Shown here one piece after another: positions 32,520-41,569 of a stretch of 64,000 nt of DNA. The position numbers and the translations under genes were made by a program. Below the pieces are notes generated by a model that had not been told where the DNA came from, made no database searches, and saw only the letters and a list, made by a program, of their open reading frames with translations. The DNA comes from an uncultured bacterium (GTDB taxonomy: Bacteria; Patescibacteriota; Andersenbacteria; UBA10190; CAIZMI01), in NCBI GenBank assembly GCA_903934015.1, contig CAIZMI010000015.1, forward strand, positions 424 to 64,423, given 5' to 3'. Every line of letters begins with the position of its first letter. The first letter of the stretch is position 1.

Positions 32520-33113
32520 ATGACAACAACAATTACGACGGAAAATATTCGTCAACTTCGTGCCCGCACGGGTGTTGGGATTATGGATGTAAGAGAGGCC
32601 CTTTTGGTTTCCGATGGTGATGAAGAAAAGGCGATTAAGTTTTTGCGTGAAAAGGGTAAAATCAAACAAGCTAAAAAGGCTGATCGTTCGGCAGTTGAAG
32701 GCATGCTTGGTTGTTATGTTCATAGTAATAATAAATTGGCGGCATTGGTTTCTTTGCATTGTGAGACGGATTTTGTGGCAATGAATCCTGTTTTTCAAGA
32801 ACTGGCAAAAGACCTCGCGATGCATGTTGCCGCGTCTGATCCGTTGGCGGTAAGCGCTGATTCTATTCCTGTTGAACTGGTTAAGCAGGAGCAAGAAGCG
32901 GTAGAAAAAGAAGTGGCTGGTTTAGGCAAACCGGAAAATATCGCTCAAGGAATCATTAAAGGAAAAATGGACAAGTTTAGGGCGGAACGGGCTTTGCTTT
33001 CACAGCCTTTTGTAAAAAATCCCGAAATTACCGTCGGTGACTTGATTGCGCAAAAAATTGGAGAAATTGGTGAAAATATTTTCGTTGAGCGTTTTCAAAG
33101 AATGGAACTTTAA
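32520..33113 (+). CDS. tsf: Elongation factor Ts (short form)
   Basis: N-terminal UBA-like IRQLRARTGVGIMDVREAL and an EF-Ts core. 197 aa. Confidence 0.9.
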   Translation: MTTTITTENIRQLRARTGVGIMDVREALLVSDGDEEKAIKFLREKGKIKQAKKADRSAVEGMLGCYVHSNNKLAALVSLHCETDFVAMNPVFQELAKDLAMHVAASDPLAVSADSIPVELVKQEQEAVEKEVAGLGKPENIAQGIIKGKMDKFRAERALLSQPFVKNPEITVGDLIAQKIGEIGENIFVERFQRMEL

Positions 33114-33124
33114 TTGGAGGTTAT

Positions 33125-34468
33125 TTGTCTGCAATTTTTCTACCAATCCTTCTCATTATCGGCGCCTTAAGCGCGATTTTGATAGTGTTCGGAAGACATT
33201 TGCCGGATTTTGTTCGAAGTATTAAGGAACGTAAAGATAAAAAAGAATCTTTGGAACCAATAGATGAGTTGCCGGTTAATCCTCGTGTGCATCAGTTGGT
33301 GCAACCCCAAAAAAATAATTTGGGGGGAATTGCTTCAAAAGTAAATGCTATTTGGAAGTTTTTGTTAGTTAAAGCTGTTTTTGTTGTTAAGCATGTTTGG
33401 CCTGCCTTGAAATTGGCTGGGAGTTTATTGGTGAAGTTGTTTCATAGGGTGCCTCGGATAAAACCAAATCTGTCGGTTTTGAGTCGATTTAAAGATGTGA
33501 CTTCGGAAGAAGTTGATTATAGAAATATTGAAGAGTTTGTGGAGCCGGTTGCAACAACAGCCGATATGAAAAGCGTTCAACGAAATCCATTACGTTATCC
33601 GGAACCATTATCGAATGAATTGGTTGCTTTGACACAGCCAAAAAAGAAAACAGTCGATAAAATTAGGAAAGAAATTCCCAAGATAGTAGAAACTCAGGTG
33701 GAAGCGATTATTGAGGAGATTAATGCGGAGCAAACTAAAATGGTGCCTGAAAAAGCAGTTGATGGACCGGTTGTTGAAAAGCCGGCGTTTTCCGTGGGAA
33801 AAACAAAGGAAACACGCACTCGTAATCGTCGTCGAATTGTCGGCAAGATGGCGCCGAAGCCGACTCCACTGCAGGAATTGGAAAAAACAATTATGGCGGA
33901 AGAGTCTGAAGAAAAAGAGGTTTTCTCAGTAAATGAGGCGGGGGAGATTACTGCTCCAGAACTTTCAAGTCCAATTGAAGAAAAGAAAATTTCATTTATC
34001 GATCGTGAGGCCTATGCTTTAACGGACGCGACGCAAGAAATAAGTAATCAGATTTTAGAAGGTAAATATAATGTTGCAGAATCAGCGCTTATTGATATTT
34101 TAAGTAAAAATCCCCGTAATACTGAGGCCTATCGGTTGTTGGGTATCGTTTACCTGAAACGAAAGGATTTTGAACAAGCTCGTGAAGTTTTTGAAGAAGC
34201 ATTAAGACGTGATCCGGAACATGGCGGATTGCAGGGGCCATTAGGTTATTGTTATATGTCGGTTGGAGAATATGGCAAAGCGCTTTCTATGTATCAACAG
34301 GCGCTTAATATGGATGAAACTAATATCGAATACTTGGAACAGTTGTTGATAATTTCTTCGCGCATGGATCGTCGTCCGCTTGTTAACATGACGGCCAAGA
34401 AAATTCTTGCGTTAAACCCAAATCACGTCGAAGCAAAGAAATATCTCGCACGCGTGGCGGTGAGGTAG
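33125..34468 (+). CDS. Hypothetical membrane-anchored TPR-repeat protein (TTG start)
   Basis: SD ggagg 6 nt before the TTG. N-terminal TM, charged linker, C-terminal TPR repeats (AYRLLGIVYLKRKDFEQAREVFEEALRRDP...). Confidence 0.55.
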   Translation: MSAIFLPILLIIGALSAILIVFGRHLPDFVRSIKERKDKKESLEPIDELPVNPRVHQLVQPQKNNLGGIASKVNAIWKFLLVKAVFVVKHVWPALKLAGSLLVKLFHRVPRIKPNLSVLSRFKDVTSEEVDYRNIEEFVEPVATTADMKSVQRNPLRYPEPLSNELVALTQPKKKTVDKIRKEIPKIVETQVEAIIEEINAEQTKMVPEKAVDGPVVEKPAFSVGKTKETRTRNRRRIVGKMAPKPTPLQELEKTIMAEESEEKEVFSVNEAGEITAPELSSPIEEKKISFIDREAYALTDATQEISNQILEGKYNVAESALIDILSKNPRNTEAYRLLGIVYLKRKDFEQAREVFEEALRRDPEHGGLQGPLGYCYMSVGEYGKALSMYQQALNMDETNIEYLEQLLIISSRMDRRPLVNMTAKKILALNPNHVEAKKYLARVAVR

Positions 34469-34589
34469 GTCTTGGTGTGGATTGTTCGTTTCCCTCCTTT
34501 ATCAAAGGAGGGCGGGGGTGGATTTTGTCTTTTTAGTCTCTTTGACTAATATCTTAAAAACAGTAACTTTAAGGTAGTTGGATTACTAT

Positions 34590-34661
34590 GCCGACTTAGC
34601 TCAGCGGTAGAGCAATGCTTTTGTAAAGCAAAGGTCCCGAGTTCGAATCTCGGAGTCGGCT
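34590..34661 (+). tRNA. tRNA-Thr (anticodon UGU)
   Basis: Cloverleaf: acceptor gccgact/agtcggc, D-arm tagctcagcggtagagc, anticodon loop ttTGTaa, T-arm ccgagttcgaatctcgg. CCA is not encoded. Confidence 0.85.
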
Positions 34662-34905
34662 CTCGAGATAAGTTTCGCTTCGCGAAACAAAAAAGATGTA
34701 CACAAAACGACTCAACATCCCGTTGAGTCGTTTTGCACAATAATCGAAGAACTCCGAAATATTTGCGTTCGGATGCGCAAAGTTTCGGAGCCCTTCGGGT
34801 GATAACAGGGTTATTGCACAAGAGTTAAAGAACTCCGAAAGATTGCGACAAGAGACGCAAAATTTCGGAGCTACCTTTAGTGTTCGAAGCAAAACTAATT
34901 CAATA
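34662..34905 (+). repeat. tRNA 3'-trailer structured module (copy 1) plus a second tandem sub-module
   Basis: ctcgag-ataa-gtttcgcttcgcgaaac-aaaaaag-atgtacacaaaacgactcaacatcccgttgagtcgttttgcacaa-taatcgaagaactccgaaa[hairpin]tttcggagc. It is then repeated as ttattgcacaagagttaaagaactccgaaag...tttcggagc. Confidence 0.8.
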
Positions 34906-34907
34906 AG

Positions 34908-34989
34908 TGGGCAGGGAAGGATTCGAACCTTCGAAGGCTGAGCCAGCAGATTTACAGTCTGCCCCGGTTGACCACTTCGGTACCTGCCC
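34908..34989 (-). tRNA. tRNA-Tyr (anticodon GUA), class II with a long variable arm
   Basis: The reverse complement, GGGCAGGTACCGAAGTGGTCAAACGGGGCAGACTGTAAATCTGCTGGCTCAGCCTTCGAAGGTTCGAATCCTTCCCTGCCCA, is very similar to E. coli tRNA-Tyr. Confidence 0.9.
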
Positions 34990-35054
34990 AATGTGCTCAA
35001 TAATGCCAAAATTAACTGCTTTGTTCAAGTGCTTGGAATTAAGAAATAAACCGA

Positions 35055-35399
35055 CTACTTGGTCGGTTTGTCGGGCTTGGTAGTGGAGATTAGGAAAACT
35101 CCGTTATTGAAAGCCCCCTTCTCTTTCTCGATATGTTCTTTTTCAGTAATGATTGTTGACCACTGTATTCCCGCTTTTTCGGCTATGGCTTCCATTACTG
35201 CCAAAACGTCAGCAAGTTCCTGAGTGAGCTTGCTTGCCTTAGATCTTTCGACTTCGCGTGCTTCTTCAACCAACTTTGTTCTTAGGTGGCCAAGTATTTC
35301 ATTGGGTGGAATTACGCTTGTTTCTGATGTTATTCCAAGGTTGGAAAGATGGGCAGGAATACCATCTCTGACTAGTTTGCAGTAAACAACTTTTTTCAT
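35055..35399 (-). CDS. MazG-like / phosphoribosyl-ATP-pyrophosphohydrolase-like nucleoside triphosphate pyrophosphohydrolase (YvdC family)
   Basis: N-terminal YCKLVRDGIP and the central EELADVLAVMEAIA motif. Confidence 0.6.
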   Translation of the reverse strand: MKKVVYCKLVRDGIPAHLSNLGITSETSVIPPNEILGHLRTKLVEEAREVERSKASKLTQELADVLAVMEAIAEKAGIQWSTIITEKEHIEKEKGAFNNGVFLISTTKPDKPTK

Positions 35400-35489
35400 A
35401 AATGAACTCCTCTCTGTGATTCACAGTACAACAAACATATATAAATTAAAATACTTAGAAAATAATGTAATAATTTTTTGTTTGGCAAG

Positions 35490-35627
35490 TTATTGAAGGG
35501 CTCCGAAGATACGTGTCTGTTGACGCGTATTTTCGGAGTTCTTCGATTCTTGTGCAAAATGACCAAACGTCCTGTTTGGTCATTTTGTGTACATTTTATA
35601 GTTTCGCAGAGCGAAACAAATCTCGAG
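35490..35627 (-). repeat. tRNA 3'-trailer structured module (copy 2, minus orientation)
   Basis: The reverse complement reads ctcgag-attt-gtttcgctctgcgaaac-tataaa-atgtacacaaaatgaccaaacaggacgtttggtcattttgcacaa-gaatcgaagaactccgaaa[hairpin]cttcggagccc. The long hairpin has a different stem sequence but is fully compensated. Confidence 0.8.
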
Positions 35628-35699
35628 AGCCGGAGGTGGGAATCGGACCCACGACCTCTTCATTACCAATGAAGTGCTCTACCACTGAGCTACGCCGGC
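35628..35699 (-). tRNA. tRNA-Thr (anticodon GGU)
   Basis: The reverse complement is gccggcgtagctcagtggtagagcacttcattGGTaatgaagaggtcgtgggtccgattcccacctccggct. There is one C6-U67 mismatch in the acceptor stem. Confidence 0.8.
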
Positions 35700-35703
35700 T
35701 TAC

Positions 35704-35750
35704 AGATTGCTTCGGCACGCTTGCATGCGACCTCGCAAAGACGAACTTTG
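35704..35750. repeat. Short-form copy of GC-rich repeat R1, adjacent to the tRNA-Thr(GGU) 5' end
   Basis: gattgcttcggcacgcttgcatgcgacctcgcaaagacgaac. Confidence 0.55.
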
Positions 35751-35832
35751 CGTCAATCTATGTTCGCTAGCATGCCTGATTTTTTGCGAATCGTCTAGAA
35801 CCAAGCTTTTGGGTTATACTTGGATCATAAAC

Positions 35833-37428
35833 ATGCGCAGATTCTTTCTTGGGATTATTGGCGGAATAATTGTCGTGACGATTGCCTATTTTTATGGCGG
35901 GGATATTCTGCGTCAAATATCGCTTGGAGGAAAAAATGGGACGTTGAGTCCCACGGCCACACCGTTGGCGGATGAGACGCAATCGGTTAATCAAAACAAG
36001 ACGATTAAAACTACCGGCGTTAAAAAAACAAATGATGATATTTTATTGGCGAAATATGTTGTCTCCGAACGACCTAAAGAAGGAATTGAACAGTGGACTG
36101 ATTTGTATTTGTCTTCCGATGGTATTATTCGCACTATTACGCCACCCGATAATGTGGATCGGACGGTTAAGCCGGTAACGGATGGAACAAACATTTATTA
36201 TTTAATTGAAAATAAAAATATTCGGGAACAAGGAAGAAGTTTGGTTGGTGTAGGAATTGAAAATAATAAACAAACCTTGATTTCCGATTCAACACCGCTT
36301 GTTGAACCGCGTTCTGTTTTTTCCGCCAATGACGGTAAGACGATTGCTTTTTATTTGGATGGTACGCAAAAAAAAATGACCGAACTTTGGACATATTCCG
36401 CGGAAAAAGCGCGTAAGCGTGTTTCTGTGGAGAGATTGAACCAGAATACGCAAGGTCCTTTTTGGGATGCTAATGGTGGATTTTTATTGCGTGACGGAGA
36501 AAAAGTATTGAGAGGTTCGCCCAATAGAACAGGTGCCGATATTTTGCCGATAAAATTTGATTGGAAAAATATCTTACAGGGTAACTCGATGATTCCATCT
36601 CCCGGTGGGACACAAGTTATTTATGCGATAAGTGAAAAAGACGGAAAAAATGTCAAAACGGTTTTGCGTGTTTGGGATTTAAAATTAAATCAAGAAAAAG
36701 ATGTGGCGTCGTTTTTAACCGACAAGGTGGAAATCTTGGGGTGGAGCAATGGTGGGGCATTGGTTGTGAGAGAAGGGGAGGGTGATGTGAAAATTTGGAA
36801 CATTACCAAAGACGCGAAAGAAAGTTACAACCTCGAGGCAAACTCGCGTTCTGTAATCTTGGCCGGTGACGGATCAGAAATTTCTTATATTTTGCCCGGT
36901 GGAACAGGGGAGAGAATGGTTTCCAGGGTCGTAAAAACCGGTAAGGTTGTATCGCAAGAGATTTTGCCTGCCCTTAATGATGTTTCCATTACGGGGGTTT
37001 CCAGTCGGACGGATATCATCCAATTTTTGCGTCTTAATGTTGTTGTGGAGGGCTATTCTCAAGCTGCCGAATTCCCGCTTGCAAAAGAAGTGATTGTCGG
37101 TTATGTTATGGGGCATATCCGAGAGATTGCAGTGGCGGGAGAGGGAGAAACGGTTACCGCACAACGAGTTTGGTTTACGCATGTTCCTGGGGCAATTTAC
37201 GTCGATTACTTGGTGGGATCAACGCTTTGGCGCCGATTGATCCAAGTTGATGGAGTGGGCGGTCAGGCTTCAAAATATACGCTTATCGGCGTTTACGCGC
37301 CCGCTGCGGGGGAATGGGTGTTGGCCAAAGGACGAAACCTGGCTGACACAAAAACAACCGAGCTTTATGAATTTGATCCAGAGTCGGAAAAATGGCTCAA
37401 AAAAGATATAACGAATATTCAACCATAA
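35833..37428 (+). CDS. Hypothetical secreted protein (beta-propeller-like repeats)
   Basis: Start at MRRFFLGIIGGIIVVTIAYFYGG (signal anchor). Repetitive beta-rich body. No confident family. Confidence 0.55.
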   Translation: MRRFFLGIIGGIIVVTIAYFYGGDILRQISLGGKNGTLSPTATPLADETQSVNQNKTIKTTGVKKTNDDILLAKYVVSERPKEGIEQWTDLYLSSDGIIRTITPPDNVDRTVKPVTDGTNIYYLIENKNIREQGRSLVGVGIENNKQTLISDSTPLVEPRSVFSANDGKTIAFYLDGTQKKMTELWTYSAEKARKRVSVERLNQNTQGPFWDANGGFLLRDGEKVLRGSPNRTGADILPIKFDWKNILQGNSMIPSPGGTQVIYAISEKDGKNVKTVLRVWDLKLNQEKDVASFLTDKVEILGWSNGGALVVREGEGDVKIWNITKDAKESYNLEANSRSVILAGDGSEISYILPGGTGERMVSRVVKTGKVVSQEILPALNDVSITGVSSRTDIIQFLRLNVVVEGYSQAAEFPLAKEVIVGYVMGHIREIAVAGEGETVTAQRVWFTHVPGAIYVDYLVGSTLWRRLIQVDGVGGQASKYTLIGVYAPAAGEWVLAKGRNLADTKTTELYEFDPESEKWLKKDITNIQP

Positions 37429-37442
37429 TTTTTTAGAAAACC

Positions 37443-37604
37443 ATGGCAACAAGTGATTTCAAGAAAATCAATTGCACAACCTGCAAGCAACAGAACTATA
37501 TGCGTCGCAAACCAAACAAGAAAGGTGTACAGGCCGAGAAATTGGAAACTTCCAAATTCTGCAAACACTGTCGCGCACATACGACGCACAAGGAAACGAA
37601 ATAA
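37443..37604 (+). CDS. rpmG: 50S ribosomal protein L33
   Basis: MATSDFKKINCTTCKQQNYMRRKPNKKGVQAEKLETSKFCKHCRAHTTHKETK. It is 53 aa and so missing from the ORF track. A terminator follows. Confidence 0.85.
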   Translation: MATSDFKKINCTTCKQQNYMRRKPNKKGVQAEKLETSKFCKHCRAHTTHKETK

Positions 37605-37610
37605 TACATT

Positions 37611-37640
37611 AACACCTCGCATTCGCGGGGTGTTTTTGTT
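37611..37640 (+). terminator. Rho-independent terminator
   Basis: acacctcgcattcgcggggtgt followed by ttttgtttt. Confidence 0.65.
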
Positions 37641-37648
37641 TTACTTTT

Positions 37649-38305
37649 TTAAAAGCAGATACGCTGACTGATTTCTTCCCATGCTTTTTTCTGGACTGCT
37701 TCTTTTTGTTTCTTATCTAAGTTATCGTTAACGTGGTTCCACACATCGAGCCAAATGATGTTTTTATTGTTTTTAATTTTGCTCCAGTCGGATTGGATAT
37801 GAAACGTGGGGAATGGAATAATTTGTGTTTTTAGGTTGTCTGCTTCGATAATTTTTGATATTTCCGTAATGCTGTCATCAATAAAATAATCAAGTTCGTA
37901 TTCTAAGAGGCGAGGGGTTTTGTTTTCATGGTTATCCATTGACAGTGTGACGTTGGAAATTTCACTTAAATAATTATTTACAAATTCTTCGGTTATATCT
38001 TTTAGTGTATCTTTGCGAGCGGTGATTAGAAAAATATCCGCTTTTCTTGAAATTTTTAACAAAAAATCGCACGCGCCGGATACGGGTTTCTGGCTATGCT
38101 CACTTGTTGAGAGAAAACCCCGAAATGCCACTGCCATATCGACCGCCGTCTTTCCTGTAGACGCCGGCCATGAATGTGACCGTTTAAATTCGGGGTAATC
38201 AATATTCCACCCCAAAACTGTTTCGCAATAATTTAAGTAGGCGATATTGTCTGTATCTACTAGAACGCCGTCGATATCAACGCCGATTTTAAGTGGGGAA
38301 GTCAT
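37649..38305 (-). CDS. HAD-superfamily 5'(3')-deoxyribonucleotidase-like protein
   Basis: N-terminal IGVDIDGVLVD motif characteristic of the NT5C/YorS-like family. Confidence 0.5.
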   Translation of the reverse strand: MTSPLKIGVDIDGVLVDTDNIAYLNYCETVLGWNIDYPEFKRSHSWPASTGKTAVDMAVAFRGFLSTSEHSQKPVSGACDFLLKISRKADIFLITARKDTLKDITEEFVNNYLSEISNVTLSMDNHENKTPRLLEYELDYFIDDSITEISKIIEADNLKTQIIPFPTFHIQSDWSKIKNNKNIIWLDVWNHVNDNLDKKQKEAVQKKAWEEISQRICF

Positions 38306-38380
38306 AAGTTAATTTGGTGTTTATAGGTTATACTGTTATTGTAAAAATAGCGAAATTGGTATATAAAAACGGTTATCCTT

Positions 38381-38451
38381 GGGCGAGTCGGTTAATGGTA
38401 AACCACAGCTCTCCAAAAGCTGAACTGGGGGTTCGATTCCCTCCTCGCCTG
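38381..38451 (+). tRNA. tRNA-Trp (anticodon CCA)
   Basis: gggcgagtcggttaatggtaaaccacagctctCCAaaagctgaactgggggttcgattccctcctcgcctg. G1-U72 wobble, G73 discriminator. Confidence 0.75.
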
Positions 38452-38600
38452 CTCGAGATTTGTTTCGCCTAGCGAAACTATCAAATGTACACAAAACGAC
38501 TCAACATCCCGTTGAGTCGTTTTGCACAAGAATCGAAGAACTCCGAGATCTCGCGCGCCAGGAGGCGCGGAGTCTCGGAGCTACCAACCACTAATGTATC
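38452..38600 (+). repeat. tRNA 3'-trailer structured module (copy 3)
   Basis: ctcgag-attt-gtttcgcctagcgaaac-tatcaa-atgtacacaaaacgactcaacatcccgttgagtcgttttgcacaa-gaatcgaagaactccgagatctcgcgcgccaggaggcgcggagtctcggagc. Confidence 0.8.
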
Positions 38601-38812
38601 TGCTTGGCTCGCTTGAGGGAATCGAACGCCGGAGCCTTGTACGAGGCGCATTTGGCGCCGAGTACGGCGAGGCGGTGGCTAACCCGAGCTCGCGGAAGCG
38701 AGCGAGAGGTGAAGCCGATTCCAAAATAGTCCGTAAGCAGGAATACTTATCGCCGAGGAACGAAGCAACGTAGGGGGGGGCAATGGTGGGCGATTCTTGG
38801 TGAAATTGCGCA

Positions 38813-38847
38813 TTAAGGTCCGACCTATAAAGGTCGGACCTTAATCG
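38813..38847. repeat. Palindromic hairpin with a GTCCGACC core (copy 1 of 2)
   Basis: ttaaggtccgacctataaaggtcggaccttaa. A related copy at 59271..59304 (ttagggtccgacctttaaaaaggtcggaccctaa) has compensating arm changes. Confidence 0.65.
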
Positions 38848-38889
38848 TTAGTGGTTTTAATTTGTGTTAGAATGCATTTAACACACAAA

Positions 38890-40038
38890 ATGAATAAAAC
38901 ATTAAAAGCTTACGCGATTTATACGGGAGGGATGATCGGGGTGGGGATTTTCGGAATTCCTTATGCTCTCATGCGTTCGGGGGCTTGGCCGACACTGGTT
39001 ACCGGCGCGGTTGTGATTTGCATGACTTTCATGATTCATTTGTTTGCAGTGGAAGTGATTTTGATGGCCAAAGGAAAACGACAATTGCCCGGCTATATCG
39101 GTTTATATCTTGGAAAGACAGGAAAAGTGCTTGAAACTATTGCTTGCGTTGGCGGTTCCGTGGGGGCACTTTTAGCTTATTTGATTGTAGGTGGTTCGTT
39201 TTTAGTATTGTTTTTATCGCATTTCTTCGTAATCACTCCGATTACGGCAACATTGATATATTTTGTTTGCGCGTCTTCAATTGTGCTTTGGGGTAAGCAG
39301 GGACATCCGGTTGTGCATATGATTATCTATGGCCTGTTCGTGGTTGTATTGTTGGTGTTGATTTGGTTTTCTGTCAGTTTGTTTTCCCCTCAGAATATCC
39401 CGCTTATTGGCAATGGTTTATTGACTCCATTTCTTTTGCCATATGGTGTTTTACTCTTCGCCTTTTGGGGCGTGGCACTGACGCCGGAGTTGGTGGAATT
39501 GACGCAGGGTAATCGCAAGATAATTCGGAAAGCTTTGGTGTATGGTTTTGCGACCGCATTAATCAGTTACGTAATTTTTTCAATTTTGATTGTCGGGATT
39601 AGTGGCGTGAATACGACCGAGGACGCGATCGGCGGTCTGCGTAATTTTGGCGCGGTGGGACAAGTGGTGATTATGTTTGGCGCGTTATTTGGCGTGCTTA
39701 CCACTTTTTCTTCTTTTTTATCTGTGGGGAGAACCTTGAAGCGCACGATGATTTATGATTTTAAATTTTCCAATTTGGGTGCTTGGGCGATCGCGATGGG
39801 TTTGCCATTGTTGCTTTTTGTTGCCGGGGTAAACGGTTTTGTAAAAGTGTTGGGCGTGACGGGTGCGGTATTTCTTGGTTTGGAAGGAATTTTGGTTGTC
39901 TTGGCTTATTGGGTGGCAAATTTTGGTTCTTCAAAAAGGAGTAATGCTTTTGCCAGTCGAAAGTTGCTGTTTGTTTTTGGCGCATTGTTGACTGTCGGAG
40001 TGGTGGTGGAAATATTGCGAGTAATGAGGATATTTTGA
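38890..40038 (+). CDS. Amino acid permease (HAAAP/APC-type, aromatic amino acid/serine transporter-like)
   Basis: About 11 TM helices. N-terminal YTGGMIGVGIFGIPYAL motif typical of the Mtr/TnaB/TyrP family. Confidence 0.6.
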   Translation: MNKTLKAYAIYTGGMIGVGIFGIPYALMRSGAWPTLVTGAVVICMTFMIHLFAVEVILMAKGKRQLPGYIGLYLGKTGKVLETIACVGGSVGALLAYLIVGGSFLVLFLSHFFVITPITATLIYFVCASSIVLWGKQGHPVVHMIIYGLFVVVLLVLIWFSVSLFSPQNIPLIGNGLLTPFLLPYGVLLFAFWGVALTPELVELTQGNRKIIRKALVYGFATALISYVIFSILIVGISGVNTTEDAIGGLRNFGAVGQVVIMFGALFGVLTTFSSFLSVGRTLKRTMIYDFKFSNLGAWAIAMGLPLLLFVAGVNGFVKVLGVTGAVFLGLEGILVVLAYWVANFGSSKRSNAFASRKLLFVFGALLTVGVVVEILRVMRIF

Positions 40039-40056
40039 AATGTTTTTTATTAACCT

Positions 40057-40105
40057 GCACCGATCACGGAACGGAGCAGGGTTGTTCCGCACAGGATCGG
40101 TCGTC
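40057..40105. repeat. Hairpin repeat gcaccgatcacggaacggagca (copy 1 of 2)
   Basis: It shares a 22-nt core with 48347..48396 and forms an accgatc...gatcggt stem. Confidence 0.6.
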
Positions 40106-40226
40106 ATGGAGAGTCCTTGCGTAATTTTGTGTCGATGATAAAGTTAACCCCGCAGTGTCAACTATTATTGGCATCTCGTATATCATTGTATTCCCTTAGT
40201 CTTTTCGGCTTTTTTCTTATATTTGT

Positions 40227-40970
40227 ATGACCAGTGCGCAAATTGAGCCATCACAGGCAGAAATAATCCTTCCGCGTCATGTGGCCATCACTCCTGACGG
40301 TAATCGTCGTTGGGCAAAAAAACACGGGAAAAAGGCGATTGAAGGCCACGAAGAGGGGACGAAGGTTTTCAAAACGATTCTTAAACATGCATCAGCGCGA
40401 AATGTTGAGTATGTTTCAATGTGGGGGATGTCCTTGGATAATTTTGTAAAAAGGAATCCCGCTGAGGTTGCCGGGCTACTCAATCTTTTTAGAAAAGAGT
40501 TTAAAGATTTAGCGCAGGATGAGGACATCCATCGTAATAAGGTGCATGTCAACGTGCTTGGACGTTGGCAAGAGAAGTTTCCTTTTCCAGTGCGCGGGGC
40601 AGTGCAAGAAGCAATTGACGCTACTAAGGATTACAGTAAATTGTTTTTGAATATCTTTCTTGCTTATAGCGGGACGGATGAAATGCTAGAAGCGGTAAAA
40701 TCGATTGCCGAAAAAGCAAAAGATGCAAAAGAAAAACTATTGATTACTCCGGAACTCTTGAAGCAACACTTGTATACCAAAGATATGCCCCCGGTTGATT
40801 TATTGATTCGTACGGGCGGGGAGCCACATTTGTCGGCCGGTTTTATGATGTGGGACTGCGCCGATTCACAACTTTTCTTTACGGAAAAATATTGGCCGGA
40901 TTTTACCACTGGTGATTTTGACGAAGCATTGGCGGAATACGCGACGCGCGGTCGTCGGTTTGGAAAGTGA
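40227..40970 (+). CDS. uppS: Undecaprenyl diphosphate synthase (cis-prenyltransferase)
   Basis: HVAITPDGNRRWAKKHG motif and a C-terminal RRFG. Confidence 0.85.
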   Translation: MTSAQIEPSQAEIILPRHVAITPDGNRRWAKKHGKKAIEGHEEGTKVFKTILKHASARNVEYVSMWGMSLDNFVKRNPAEVAGLLNLFRKEFKDLAQDEDIHRNKVHVNVLGRWQEKFPFPVRGAVQEAIDATKDYSKLFLNIFLAYSGTDEMLEAVKSIAEKAKDAKEKLLITPELLKQHLYTKDMPPVDLLIRTGGEPHLSAGFMMWDCADSQLFFTEKYWPDFTTGDFDEALAEYATRGRRFGK

Positions 40971-41055
40971 AAATTGTTTCAACAATTTTCATCCCCATAA
41001 ACGGGGATCCATTGTCATTAATAAAAAACCGCCCTTATATTGGCGGTTGATCTGG

Positions 41056-41490
41056 TTAATCTTCTGGATATGTGAGTGAGTCCCAGATCTCGAGAAAGCC
41101 GGACAGCAATTTGTTGATTTCGTGATCCAGCACTTCGCAGTTGTCACGAACATCCACGAGACCATTCCTGTATTGGAGATATTTTTTGTTGGCTCCTATT
41201 GCCATTCCTAGCATGGAGCCAAACATATCTTCGAGGGCTTCAATTGTTTTCCGCCTGTCATCGAGAAAACAGTCTTGGATAGTGATTCCCCAGCGCTGTA
41301 GTTCGCCGTTGAGATCATAGAAGCCCATGCGGTAGCGAAATATGCGGATAATCGCTATGAGCGAGATTTGCGGGGGAATACTATCACGTCGCTCTTCATT
41401 TGCCATAAAATATGTCCAAAGGCCGTCTTTTTTTTCAATACGGCATTTATTTGCGTCAACAAGCGGTTTTGATAGATCAATGGCCATCAT
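41056..41490 (-). CDS. Hypothetical protein
   Basis: 144-aa ORF. No family recognised. Confidence 0.4.
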   Translation of the reverse strand: MMAIDLSKPLVDANKCRIEKKDGLWTYFMANEERRDSIPPQISLIAIIRIFRYRMGFYDLNGELQRWGITIQDCFLDDRRKTIEALEDMFGSMLGMAIGANKKYLQYRNGLVDVRDNCEVLDHEINKLLSGFLEIWDSLTYPED

Positions 41491-41569
41491 TTTTTCCTTC
41501 TTTTCGGTGGGTTGAGTTGGAACAAAAAGAACGTCAAATCAGCATATTATAAAATGTGTTCATTGTCCA

